NCBI GenBank assembly: GCA_965215565.1
Contig: CBDCDZ010000004.1
Span: forward strand, 1,056,001 to 1,120,000
Length of the DNA: 64,000 nt
Direction: 5' to 3'
From: Trueperaceae bacterium
Lineage (GTDB): Bacteria; Deinococcota; Deinococci; Deinococcales; Trueperaceae
This document shows, piece after piece, positions 49,892 through 59,151 of the stretch. The position numbers were made by a program, and so were the translations under genes. Below the pieces are notes generated by a model. It saw only the letters and a list, made by a program, of their open reading frames with translations. It had not been told where the DNA came from and ran no database searches. Every line of letters starts with the position of its first letter. The stretch's first letter is position 1.

Positions 49892-50986
49892 TCACTTCTC
49901 TGCAGCTTTTTGAACCTTCTGGCTCGAGGCTACAGGCTGCGCCAACTGCGCCTGCTCGATTACGGTCACGTCGTCTGCTCTAGGTTGGCTGAGCAGCACC
50001 GCGATGTTGCGCAGTGAGTCGAACTCCTGGCAGACCAGCACGATCGCCATCGTCAGGGGTACGCCGATGATTGCCCCGCCGATGCCCCAGAGCCAGCCCC
50101 AGAAGACGACGGCTAGAAGCACCACGAGCGGGGAGAGCTGTAGCGCCTCACCGATGAACTTGGGCGCGACGAAGTTGCCTGTCGTGAACTGCATCGTGCC
50201 GAGCCCTAAGAGCGCCGCGAGCCCTAGACCCACGCCACCAAACGCGAACGCGAAGAGCGTAGGCGGCACCACGGCGATGATCGAGCCGATCGTCGGCACG
50301 AAGTTTAATAAAAAGCTGATGACACCCCACACGAAGGCGAACTCGATGCCTAAAAGCATGCACCAAAGCGTCGTCAGAAGTCCGGTGACGAGGCTGATGA
50401 GCACCGTGACCCAGGCGTAGCGCGAGAGCTTCCAGGTCATTTGGCGGAGCGCGTGGGCGAACTTTTGGCGCTCCACCTTGCCCATGACTTGCTCCAACTT
50501 GAAACGCAAAGGACCCAGCTCGAGGAGCAAAAAGAGCAGGACCGTCACCACCAAAACCGTACTGCTAAACGATGTCGCCACGCTGCCTAGCGCGCTCAGC
50601 GCCCCCTGCGCAAGTTGCGCCGACGAACCTTCGTCGCCCGCTCCGGGCAGCGAGACGCCCAAGCGGGACAGTTGCGCCTGCCACGTCTGCAGTCTCGTTT
50701 CGAAACGCTCGGAATAGTCGGGCACTTCGACGGCAACCACCGACACGCTGTACGAGAGGATAGCCCAGAAGAGCGCCAACAGCGTCAAGACGATGAAGGT
50801 GACGAGAAAGGGACTCAACCAAGTCGGCATACCCCTGTTGAGCAGGCGCTGGAACGGCTGGAAGAGGATGACGAGCACGCCTGCAAAGGCGAGCGGCATG
50901 AGGACGGCTTGCGCTAGACTGAGCGCCGCCACACCTAGAATGACGGCGATGATGACGAGCAGCGTACGGCTTAAAGAATCGGACAC
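49892..50986 (-). CDS. AI-2E family transporter (tandem paralog)
   Basis: LNFVPTIGS, GNFVAP, LSPLVVLL..FWGWLWGIGG..GVPLT; start approximate. Confidence 0.88.
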   Translation of the reverse strand: MSDSLSRTLLVIIAVILGVAALSLAQAVLMPLAFAGVLVILFQPFQRLLNRGMPTWLSPFLVTFIVLTLLALFWAILSYSVSVVAVEVPDYSERFETRLQTWQAQLSRLGVSLPGAGDEGSSAQLAQGALSALGSVATSFSSTVLVVTVLLFLLLELGPLRFKLEQVMGKVERQKFAHALRQMTWKLSRYAWVTVLISLVTGLLTTLWCMLLGIEFAFVWGVISFLLNFVPTIGSIIAVVPPTLFAFAFGGVGLGLAALLGLGTMQFTTGNFVAPKFIGEALQLSPLVVLLAVVFWGWLWGIGGAIIGVPLTMAIVLVCQEFDSLRNIAVLLSQPRADDVTVIEQAQLAQPVASSQKVQKAAEK

Positions 50987-51150
50987 AGGGACCCCCACGT
51001 CAGCGTAGCACGCGAAGGTCAGGTTGAGGTGACAAGCAGACGTCAAGCCGGGCTCATTTTGTCCTCGAGCCTGCACTCCTAGAGCGCTGCACTGCGCTAT
51101 GCTGGCGGCGATGTAAGGCTGAACGCAATACAGACAATTGGGGGCACGAC

Positions 51151-51942
51151 GTGAGCGAACAGATGAGTGAACAAGGCGGCCAAGAGGTGGGTCAAGGAAA
51201 CAGCAACGAACGAATGAGCCGAGATGAGAGGCGTTCAGGCGAGGGTCACGAACAGAGCAAGCTGACCTGGCTCGTTCCGCTGGGGCTCCTCGTCTTTTTC
51301 ACGCTGCTCTACTTTATCTGGCCCGGCTTTCAGAACTTCGTCGATACCGCCGTCAGCATCTCGCTGAGCGGCGACAGGCAGCGGCTCGAGAGCTGGGTGG
51401 ACGGCTTCGGCGCGTGGGGACCCGTCGTGATCTTGCTGCTAATGATCATGCAGACCGTGATCGCCTTTATTCCCTCGGTCATCATCATGGTGGTGACGGT
51501 ACTCGCGTTCGGTCCCTTTTGGGGCGGCGTGCTCACCTGGACGGGGCTACTCGTCTCGGCGACAGTGGCGTTCGCGATAGGGCGGGCGCTGGGTCCGGTC
51601 ACCGTCGATAAACTCATCGGTCAGAGTACTGAGCAAAAGATGGAGGGGTTCGTCCACGAGTACGGCGTGTGGGCAGTGATCGCCGCCAGGGTCTCCCCGG
51701 CTCTGTCCACCGACGCGGTCAGCCTCGTCGCGGGTCTCGCCGAGATGGGCTACTTGCGCTTTATCGCGGCGACGGCAATAGGCACGCTGCCCCTAACGGT
51801 GCTCATCGCTTGGCTCGGCGCGGACATTAGCAGGCTCGAGGTCGGTCTTTTGTGGGTTTCTGTAGTAAGCCTGGCGATCTTCGTGGCGTATGTGATTTGG
51901 GACAGGCGGCGGAGCGACGATTCGATTGAGGAAAGTGCGTAG
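51151..51942 (+). CDS. TVP38/TMEM64 (DedA superfamily) membrane protein
   Basis: GAWGP..QTVIAFIPS, FGPFWG, FAIGRALG, RVSP..DAVS..AGL. Confidence 0.88.
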   Translation: MSEQMSEQGGQEVGQGNSNERMSRDERRSGEGHEQSKLTWLVPLGLLVFFTLLYFIWPGFQNFVDTAVSISLSGDRQRLESWVDGFGAWGPVVILLLMIMQTVIAFIPSVIIMVVTVLAFGPFWGGVLTWTGLLVSATVAFAIGRALGPVTVDKLIGQSTEQKMEGFVHEYGVWAVIAARVSPALSTDAVSLVAGLAEMGYLRFIAATAIGTLPLTVLIAWLGADISRLEVGLLWVSVVSLAIFVAYVIWDRRRSDDSIEESA

Positions 51943-52116
51943 GCAGGGGCGGACGCTCCGCTCGACGCCTATTCTGACAGCTTTAATTAGCTCCTTCAAG
52001 TAAGGGGTAATATGACGCAGAACTTTAAGGACGTGCCAACGTTCCTTCTTAAAGAGATAGGTGCTAGAGAGACGGGTGCCGATTCTAACTCGAATACGAG
52101 TGAAACTAGCAGGCGT

Positions 52117-52542
52117 TTATGGACGTTTTAGGGTAAAGGTGCCCGTAACATACGTGTCGCAGCCCGAAGAGATGTACGTTCCGCTAATCACGCCGTTCTG
52201 TAAAATACCTTCGATATCGTAGTCGCAAATGTCGGAGCGCTCGGAGTAGAGCGTGACATCAAATCCTCTATCAAGTGCGTAGCCGCGCATGACGCCCTTA
52301 TTCTCGCCGTCTGCAAACATTGCGCTCCACGCGCCGCCCAACCTCTCGCCGTTATAGTAAAATTCTCCGTCTTTATACTGCGTGAGAACATTGATAGTCA
52401 CGTTCGCTTCGCCACCTACGCTGTCTTGTAAGGTGCCGGACCAAGCGCCGACGTAGTCAAAAGGTTCGTTGCCCGTATACACGTCGCGCTGACATGCGCT
52501 CAACAAAATAGTGAGAAATAAGATCAAGAGGTATCGCGGCAT
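52117..52542 (-). CDS. Small lipoprotein, paralog of the neighbour
   Basis: Lipobox LSAC; RBS GAAGGAG before ATG 52542. Confidence 0.75.
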   Translation of the reverse strand: MPRYLLILFLTILLSACQRDVYTGNEPFDYVGAWSGTLQDSVGGEANVTINVLTQYKDGEFYYNGERLGGAWSAMFADGENKGVMRGYALDRGFDVTLYSERSDICDYDIEGILQNGVISGTYISSGCDTYVTGTFTLKRP

Positions 52543-52639
52543 GAAAAACTCCTTCGGTATTTTCAATACTTTATTTTCGTCTATGTACTGCGGTGTAGTA
52601 AGTTCATACGTCACGGTCTACCCCACACTGTTCGGGAGA

Positions 52640-53071
52640 TCAGGGCTGTTTTTGTAGCTCGAGCGTGCCCAAAGCGTAACGGGTGCACGAACGGGTGAGA
52701 TACGTTCCTCTAATAAGGTTGCTCGTCGCACTCGCCTCGAGGTCATACGTGCACCGCGAATCTAGCGCGAGTTGCAGCGTTACGCCGCTTTCTGCACCCC
52801 AAGCGTAGATGACGTCACCCTCTTGAGTCACCCGCCCGAAGCTCATGCGCCAAGAGCCGCCCATACCCGCAGGTTCTCCGCTTTCGTCTTCGAGGTTGTA
52901 CAGGTCTAAGGTAAGTACTCCACCCCCGCTGACGCTGTCTTCAACTGCGCCGCGCCACTGCCCGGTGAGGTCAGGTAGCGGCGCAACTTCAGGCGTGCCT
53001 CGATATAAACAAGCGCTTAGACCGAGACATAAAATAAGCGCAGCTACGTGGACTCTTTTTAACCTCGTCAT
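52640..53071 (-). CDS. Small lipoprotein
   Basis: Lipobox LSAC; shares G.W.G...DSV.G, C.YD.E, GTY....C..Y..GT with the neighbour. Confidence 0.75.
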   Translation of the reverse strand: MTRLKRVHVAALILCLGLSACLYRGTPEVAPLPDLTGQWRGAVEDSVSGGGVLTLDLYNLEDESGEPAGMGGSWRMSFGRVTQEGDVIYAWGAESGVTLQLALDSRCTYDLEASATSNLIRGTYLTRSCTRYALGTLELQKQP

Positions 53072-53122
53072 TACGAACGATTCTATAGTGTTGAGGGTCT
53101 TTCACAGCGTAAGATAATTCCT

Positions 53123-55045
53123 ATGCTACTCGCCGCCTTGCACAAGATCGAAAAGTTCTACGGCGAACAGGTTGTGCTCAGCGGCGCGACTTTAGAAATT
53201 CGTAGTGCCTCGAGGCTCGCTCTCATCGGACGCAACGGCGCGGGCAAGTCCACACTCTTGCGCCTCTTGATGAGTGCCGAAGAGCCGGACAGCGGCGCGG
53301 TCTATAAGCGCGACGGCGTGACCTTGGCGATGTTGGAGCAAGACCCCTTGATCGACGCGGGGCGGAGCGTGCTGGAGGTCTCGGAGGGGGCGTTTACGGA
53401 CCTGGACAGGTTGGAGGGGGAACTCTCGCGGCTCGAGGCGCAAGGCTTGGACCAGCACGAGGTGTACGAGCAGTGGGAGCATCTCCATGAGGTCTTCGAG
53501 CGGCGCGGCGGGTACGAGAGACGGGCGCGGCGCGACTCGGTTCTCTACGCGCTGGGCTTTCGTGGGCGCGAACACGAGGTTGCTTCGCACCTCTCCGGCG
53601 GTGAAAAGACGCGCTTAGGGCTGGCGCGGCTCCTGATGGCGCAGCCCGACGTGCTCCTCTTAGACGAGCCCACCAACCACCTCGACATGGAGATGCGCGA
53701 GTGGTTGGAGGGCTACCTGGGGCGCTACCCCGGCGGCGTGCTCCTCGTCTCACACGACAGGGCGTTTTTGGACTCGGCGAGCAACGCGACAGCGGAGATC
53801 GCCCTTGGTACGCTGCGGACCTTTGACGGCACGCCGAGCCGCTACCGTGAGGCGCGCGCGGAGCAACTTGCCATTGAAGCGGCGACGCGCAAGAATCAGC
53901 AGCAGGAGTTGGCGCGTCTGGACGCCGCCGCGACGCGCATGAAGCGCTGGGCGGGGCAGAACGAGAAGCTCCACCGCCGCGCCAAAGCGATGGAGAAGCG
54001 CGTGGACCGCTACCAGGGCGGGATGATTGGCGAAGCCGAGCGTACGGAGCGCACCACCCGCTTCCGCTTCGACTCGGAGCCCTCGGGCGAGATCGTCTTA
54101 CAGGCGGCGCACCTCAGCAAACGCTTCGGCGACAAGTCCCTCTTCGAAGACGTGCGCTTCACCGTGCGCGCGGGCGAGCGCATTGCATTAGTCGGACCCA
54201 ACGGCGCGGGCAAGTCCACCTTTCTCAACGTCGCTTTAGGCAACCTCGCCAGCGACAATCCCAGAGCCACGCTGGATTACGGCGCGCGGGTGCGCGTCGG
54301 CTACTACGATCAGGAGTTGCGCGGCGTGAACCCGGAGAACACCCTCATCGAAGAGATGATTCGGCTCGTGGGCGACACCGAGGCGCACAACCTCTTGGGG
54401 CGCTTTCTCTTCCCCTACGACGCGCAGTTCAAGCGCGTCGCGGACCTCTCGGGCGGCGAACGCGCGCGCTTGGCGCTCCTCAAGCTGACCTTGGGCGAGT
54501 ACAACTTCTTGGTCTTAGACGAGCCCACCAACCACCTCGACCTGGAGATGATCGAGGCGTTGGAGGACGCCCTGGCGGAGTACGCGGGCACGCTCCTCAT
54601 CGTCTCGCACGATAGGCGTTTTGTGCAAGCGACGACGAACCTCGTGTGTGAGGTGCGCGGCGGGCGTTTCGAAACCTTCGAGGGCGACTGGAGCTTCTAT
54701 CAGCGCAAGCGGCAAGCGCGCGCGGCGCAGATGCAGGAGGCAGCTCGAGCCGAGGTTTCTAACTCGTCTAAAGAGGTTTCCAACTCACCTAAAGTTCCTA
54801 AGATATCCACGAAGAAGACCCCCTCTAAGTGGCAACTGGACCGCGACTCGCAAGCTTTAGAAGATGACATCGAGAGGCTCGAGACCACTCTCACATCTAT
54901 CACCGAACAACTTGCCCAACCCGGACAACTCAAAGGCGAAGAGATCGCCGCGTTGGGGGAGGAGCACGCGCGGCTCGAGGCAGAACTGCTGGAAAGAATG
55001 GCGCGGTGGGAAGAGGTGACGGAGATGTTGAGTGAGAAGGTGTAG
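53123..55045 (+). CDS. ABC-F family ATPase (Uup-like)
   Basis: Two NBDs ([32 protein letters not shown] twice), no TM segments, C-terminal coiled coil. Confidence 0.93.
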   Translation: MLLAALHKIEKFYGEQVVLSGATLEIRSASRLALIGRNGAGKSTLLRLLMSAEEPDSGAVYKRDGVTLAMLEQDPLIDAGRSVLEVSEGAFTDLDRLEGELSRLEAQGLDQHEVYEQWEHLHEVFERRGGYERRARRDSVLYALGFRGREHEVASHLSGGEKTRLGLARLLMAQPDVLLLDEPTNHLDMEMREWLEGYLGRYPGGVLLVSHDRAFLDSASNATAEIALGTLRTFDGTPSRYREARAEQLAIEAATRKNQQQELARLDAAATRMKRWAGQNEKLHRRAKAMEKRVDRYQGGMIGEAERTERTTRFRFDSEPSGEIVLQAAHLSKRFGDKSLFEDVRFTVRAGERIALVGPNGAGKSTFLNVALGNLASDNPRATLDYGARVRVGYYDQELRGVNPENTLIEEMIRLVGDTEAHNLLGRFLFPYDAQFKRVADLSGGERARLALLKLTLGEYNFLVLDEPTNHLDLEMIEALEDALAEYAGTLLIVSHDRRFVQATTNLVCEVRGGRFETFEGDWSFYQRKRQARAAQMQEAARAEVSNSSKEVSNSPKVPKISTKKTPSKWQLDRDSQALEDDIERLETTLTSITEQLAQPGQLKGEEIAALGEEHARLEAELLERMARWEEVTEMLSEKV

Positions 55046-55095
55046 CAGGTATTATCTGGTTATAGACGCCCCTAGCTGAGGAAGTGACGACTTAG
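55043..55095 (+). repeat. Truncated left part of the 111-nt element overlapping the ABC-F stop codon
   Basis: TAGCAGGTATTATCTGGTTATAGACGCCC. Confidence 0.7.
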
Positions 55096-55229
55096 ATTCT
55101 TCTATACCTTCCTAATTCTTGCTTCCTACTTCTCCTCCAAGCCACCACGGGATTGTAGGTCACGCCGCAAAATGGTACGTTGATACCCAGCTTAAATCCG
55201 CAGCAAAGAACGACACCCGGAGGTTTTTT

Positions 55230-56792
55230 ATGCCTGCATTAAGATGGTTTCTCGTCGCCCTCTTGTTCTTCTCCTGTGCTGGCGCACAAGGTACGCTCAA
55301 CTACCCCATCGACGCTGACCCCGAAAGCTTGGACGCTTGGCGCACGACGACGGTGGCCTCGAGGCGCATCCTCGACAACGTCTACGAGGGCTTGACCACA
55401 TTAGACCCGGAGACGGCGGAGATCGTCCCCGGTCTCGCCGAGTCGTGGGAGGTCTCAGACGACGGGCTCACTTACACCTTCAAGCTGCGCGAGGGCGTCT
55501 TATTTCAAGAGGTCGAAGGCGTCGAGTACGAGAACCGGGAGCTGACCGCCGAGGACGTGGTCTGGTCCTGGACGCGCTACCTGACAGAAGACACCAGCAT
55601 CTCGGAGCACCCGGAGTACCTGAGCGCCGTGGCGGGCGCGGAGGAGTATCTGGCGGGAGACGCCGAGAGCGTGTCGGGACTTAACGTGGTGGACGACACT
55701 ACGCTCGAGGTCACCCTAGCCCAACCCAACCACCGCTTCTTGGCGGACCTCATCAACGCTTACGTCGTGCCCGAAGAGGCGTTGGAAGGTTTAGGCGAAG
55801 AACTCTCGAACCGTCCGGTGGGCACGGGGCCCTTCATGCTCGAGAGGTGGAACCGCGACGATCAACTCATCTTGGTTAAAAACCCCGACTATTGGGAGGA
55901 GGACCTGCCGTACCTGGACAGCGTACGCTTCTTGAACGTGCCCGAAGCGAGCACGGGTTTGTTGCAGTACCGCGAGGGCGAGTTAGACCTCTTGCTCGAC
56001 ATCCCCTCCGCGCAGATGGAAGCTGTACGTCAAGAATTTTCCGACGAGTTCTACGAAGCGCCGGGGCTCAACGTGCGCTACTGGGGCTTCAAGATGACGG
56101 GCGAGCCCTTCGGCAGCAACCCCAAACTCCGCCAGGCACTCAATTACGCGGTGGACCGCGAGCTTATCTGGAACGTCTTGATGGAGGGCGCGCGTCGCCC
56201 CGGCACAGCGGGCGTGCTGCCCCCGGAGATGCCAGCGGCGGACGTGCCGGGTTACGAATACGACGTGGAACGCGCAAGGGAGCTGCTCGCCGAGGCAGGC
56301 TACCCCGAAGGTGAGGGCTTAGAGCCCGTAACGCTCTACTACTTCGCCTCCGCCGAGGACGCGCCGCAACTCGCCTTCCAGGACATGATGCGGCAGATCG
56401 GCGTGACGGTCAACCTCCAAAAAGAGGACAACTCGACGTACTGGAGTCACATCGGTGAGGACGACGTGCAACTCTTCTTGTCGGGCTGGAGCGCTGACTT
56501 CGCCGACCCGAGCGAGGTCTTCGACTTCTTGTTCCGCGACGGACGCGACGACACCCAGTACGACAACCCGGAGGTAAACGAACTCCTAGCCGAAGCGAAC
56601 GCCCTGACCGACGACGAGGCGCGCAACGCGCTCTACCGCGAGGTTCACGAGATCATCGTGGCGGACGCGCCCTGGATCGTCTCGGCGTACTCGACTATCA
56701 CCTTTTTGCAGAAACCTTATGTCGAGGGGCTTGCCGTTTCCCCCGCAGGTCTCTACCGCGCGCCGCTCAAGTACGTCCAGATCGAGCGCTGA
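55230..56792 (+). CDS. Peptide/nickel ABC transporter substrate-binding protein (family 5)
   Basis: PGLAESWEVSDDGLTYTFKLREGV, PVGTGPF, NPDYW, LRQALNYAVDR; RBS GGAGG. Confidence 0.93.
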   Translation: MPALRWFLVALLFFSCAGAQGTLNYPIDADPESLDAWRTTTVASRRILDNVYEGLTTLDPETAEIVPGLAESWEVSDDGLTYTFKLREGVLFQEVEGVEYENRELTAEDVVWSWTRYLTEDTSISEHPEYLSAVAGAEEYLAGDAESVSGLNVVDDTTLEVTLAQPNHRFLADLINAYVVPEEALEGLGEELSNRPVGTGPFMLERWNRDDQLILVKNPDYWEEDLPYLDSVRFLNVPEASTGLLQYREGELDLLLDIPSAQMEAVRQEFSDEFYEAPGLNVRYWGFKMTGEPFGSNPKLRQALNYAVDRELIWNVLMEGARRPGTAGVLPPEMPAADVPGYEYDVERARELLAEAGYPEGEGLEPVTLYYFASAEDAPQLAFQDMMRQIGVTVNLQKEDNSTYWSHIGEDDVQLFLSGWSADFADPSEVFDFLFRDGRDDTQYDNPEVNELLAEANALTDDEARNALYREVHEIIVADAPWIVSAYSTITFLQKPYVEGLAVSPAGLYRAPLKYVQIER

Positions 56793-57023
56793 TGTTCTTG
56801 AGAGCATCTGCTAAAGCATCTTGAGGACTCACTTAGCAAAATGTCGGACAGAAGGGTGAAGCGTATTATTCCGAGCCAGACCAGAGTGGAGCTTCGCAAC
56901 GAAGCTCTGCTCACCTATTCTAGTGGCTACGCAGCTCGAGACCTCTTTCCCCGCACCTTCCCCCACATCTTTTTTCGGGGTGACACTCATCTTTCGGACC
57001 TCGGCAAACGGACTCCTCAATAG

Positions 57024-57968
57024 ATGTTCCAGTACATCTTGCAACGCCTTCTGCTCGCCGTCCCCACCCTACTCGGCGTCTTCACCATCATCTTCGCGCT
57101 GACCTACCTCATGCCGGGCGACCCGGTGCGCGCGGCGATGGGCGAGAACTACCGCCGCGCCGACCCCGAGACCATCGAGCGAGTGCGCGAGCGCTTGGGT
57201 CTGAACGACCCTTGGTACGTGCAGTACACGCGCTTTTTGGGACGTACGGTGCGCGGCGACTTGGGCGAGAGTTTCGTGTTGGACGAGCCCGTGCTAGGGA
57301 TTATCAGCTACCGCTTCCCGCGCACGGTGCAGCTCATGGTGGCGGCGCTCTTCGTCGCGATCCTCATCGGGATTCCGGCGGGCTTGCTCGCGGCACGCTA
57401 CCAGTACACCTGGATTGACCACACCCTGATGCTCGTCGCGCTCGTCGGGGTTGCGATGCCGGTTTTCTGGCAGGCGATTTTGGCTAAGATTTTTTTGACT
57501 CAAGACACGTACGGTATCGCGCTCTTTCCCGTCGCGGGCTACGGGGGCGGCAACCCGCTCTACATGGTGCTGCCCTCGCTCGTGTTGGGCACGCACCTGA
57601 GCGCCACCATCGCCCGCGTGATGCGCTCGTCGCTCCTAGAGGAGCGCAGCAAGGACTACTCGAGGACCGCCCGCTCGAAAGGGCTCAGCGGCGCGCAGAT
57701 CATCACTCGCCATCAGCTCCGCAACGCGCTCATCCCTGTATTGACCGTGATCGGGTTGGATGTCGGCTACCTCTTGGGCGGCTCGGTGGTCACAGAGACG
57801 GTCTTTAACTGGCCCGGTTTGGGGCGTGCGGTGGTCAACGCCATCTTCCGTCAGGACAGTCCGGTCATCATCGGCACGCTCGTCTTCGGCGCGGTGCTCT
57901 TCATCTTGGTGAACCTCGTCATCGACCTCTTGTACGTGGCGCTCAACCCGCAGATTCAGTACACGTGA
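57024..57968 (+). CDS. Peptide ABC transporter permease (DppB/OppB-like)
   Basis: MPGDP, GDLGES, TARSKGL..H.LRNALIPV, ETVFNWPGLG. Confidence 0.93.
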   Translation: MFQYILQRLLLAVPTLLGVFTIIFALTYLMPGDPVRAAMGENYRRADPETIERVRERLGLNDPWYVQYTRFLGRTVRGDLGESFVLDEPVLGIISYRFPRTVQLMVAALFVAILIGIPAGLLAARYQYTWIDHTLMLVALVGVAMPVFWQAILAKIFLTQDTYGIALFPVAGYGGGNPLYMVLPSLVLGTHLSATIARVMRSSLLEERSKDYSRTARSKGLSGAQIITRHQLRNALIPVLTVIGLDVGYLLGGSVVTETVFNWPGLGRAVVNAIFRQDSPVIIGTLVFGAVLFILVNLVIDLLYVALNPQIQYT

Positions 57969-58819
57969 CGGGCTTTCAGCGCTTTACGCGCAGCAGGATC
58001 GTCAGGACCTTTTTGCGCCACCGGGTGGGGCTTATCGGGTTGGGCATCGTTGCGGTCTTCAGCCTCGCGGCGATTTTCGCGCCGCTGCTCGCGCCGCACG
58101 ACCCCTTGGAGCAGCGCATTGCGACGGCGCGGCTCGAGCCTCCCTCCGCCGAGTACCCGCTCGGCACGGACGAACTCGGGCGCGACCTCTTGAGCCGCCT
58201 CATCTACGGCGCGCGCATCTCCATGCGCATCGGGCTCATCGCCGAGGGCATCGCGCTGGGCATCGGTATCACGCTAGGAAGCTTGGCGGGCTACCTGGGC
58301 GGCTGGGTGGACAACCTCATCATGCGCCTCACGGATGTGTTCTTCGCCATCCCTTCGCTGCTCTTTCTGATCGTCGTCGTGTTTATCTTCGACGCGAGCG
58401 CCACGACTATCTTCGTGGCGCTCGGGCTCATCAGTTGGCCCAGCGAGGCGCGGCTCATGCGCTCCGAGGTGCTGAGGCTGCGCGGTCGCGAGTTCGTCAC
58501 CGCCGCCGAAGCGTTGGGCTCGCCCAAACGCCGCGTCATCGTCCGCCACATCCTCCCGAACGCGCTCGCCTCGATGGTGGTTATCGGCTCGCTGGGCGTG
58601 GCGGGCGCAATTTTAAGCGAAGCGACGCTCTCCTTTCTCGGACTGGGCATCCAGCAACCCGTGCCGAGTTGGGGCACGATGATCAACCAGGGGCAGGAGT
58701 ACATCTTCACCGCGTGGTGGTACAGTGTCTTTCCGGGGCTCACGATTATGTTGGTTGTGCTTGGGTTTAACTTCGTCGGCGACGCGCTGCGCGACGCGCT
58801 GGCGGTCGAGGAGCGCTAA
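57965..58819 (+). CDS. Peptide ABC transporter permease (DppC/OppC-like)
   Basis: LGTDELGRDLLSRLIYGARIS, EFVTAAEALG, RHILPN, LSFLGLG, GDALRDAL. Confidence 0.93.
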   Translation: MTGFQRFTRSRIVRTFLRHRVGLIGLGIVAVFSLAAIFAPLLAPHDPLEQRIATARLEPPSAEYPLGTDELGRDLLSRLIYGARISMRIGLIAEGIALGIGITLGSLAGYLGGWVDNLIMRLTDVFFAIPSLLFLIVVVFIFDASATTIFVALGLISWPSEARLMRSEVLRLRGREFVTAAEALGSPKRRVIVRHILPNALASMVVIGSLGVAGAILSEATLSFLGLGIQQPVPSWGTMINQGQEYIFTAWWYSVFPGLTIMLVVLGFNFVGDALRDALAVEER

Positions 58820-59151
58820 TGCGCTCTGAAGCGTTGTCTCGCAGACTTGGCAAATATGGGCTTAGTGGATGGCGAAAGGAGTCGTGATGATGTAACTCGA
58901 GACCTTCGCGAGATGATGGTGCACAAAACGTGCGGTTAAACCTGTCGCACTTCCCCACTCAAGGAGGGCACCTTCCGCGTTCATTGAGGTTGAAGTGTAC
59001 CCTTCTGCCTCGACAAAACATCCTGTGAGATTCAAACCGTGCAGATCTTGGAATCAGATCATATAGAATTTTGGAACAAATTTCTTAACGCCGAAAGAGG
59101 TTCTGACAACGTCTTGACAGTAGCCCGTAAAGCTAGGGACCGGAGGTCAAC

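Noticed and set aside
54752..54793. 21-nt tandem duplication (EVSNSSK/EVSNSPK) in ABC-F; similar 12-nt KSxx repeats near 3293
   Set aside because: In-frame slippage in linker regions with no sign of function
26354..58819. Incomplete ABC systems (lone sugar ATPase; peptide SBP and permeases without ATPases)
   Set aside because: Split ABC operons are common; partners are probably elsewhere in the genome
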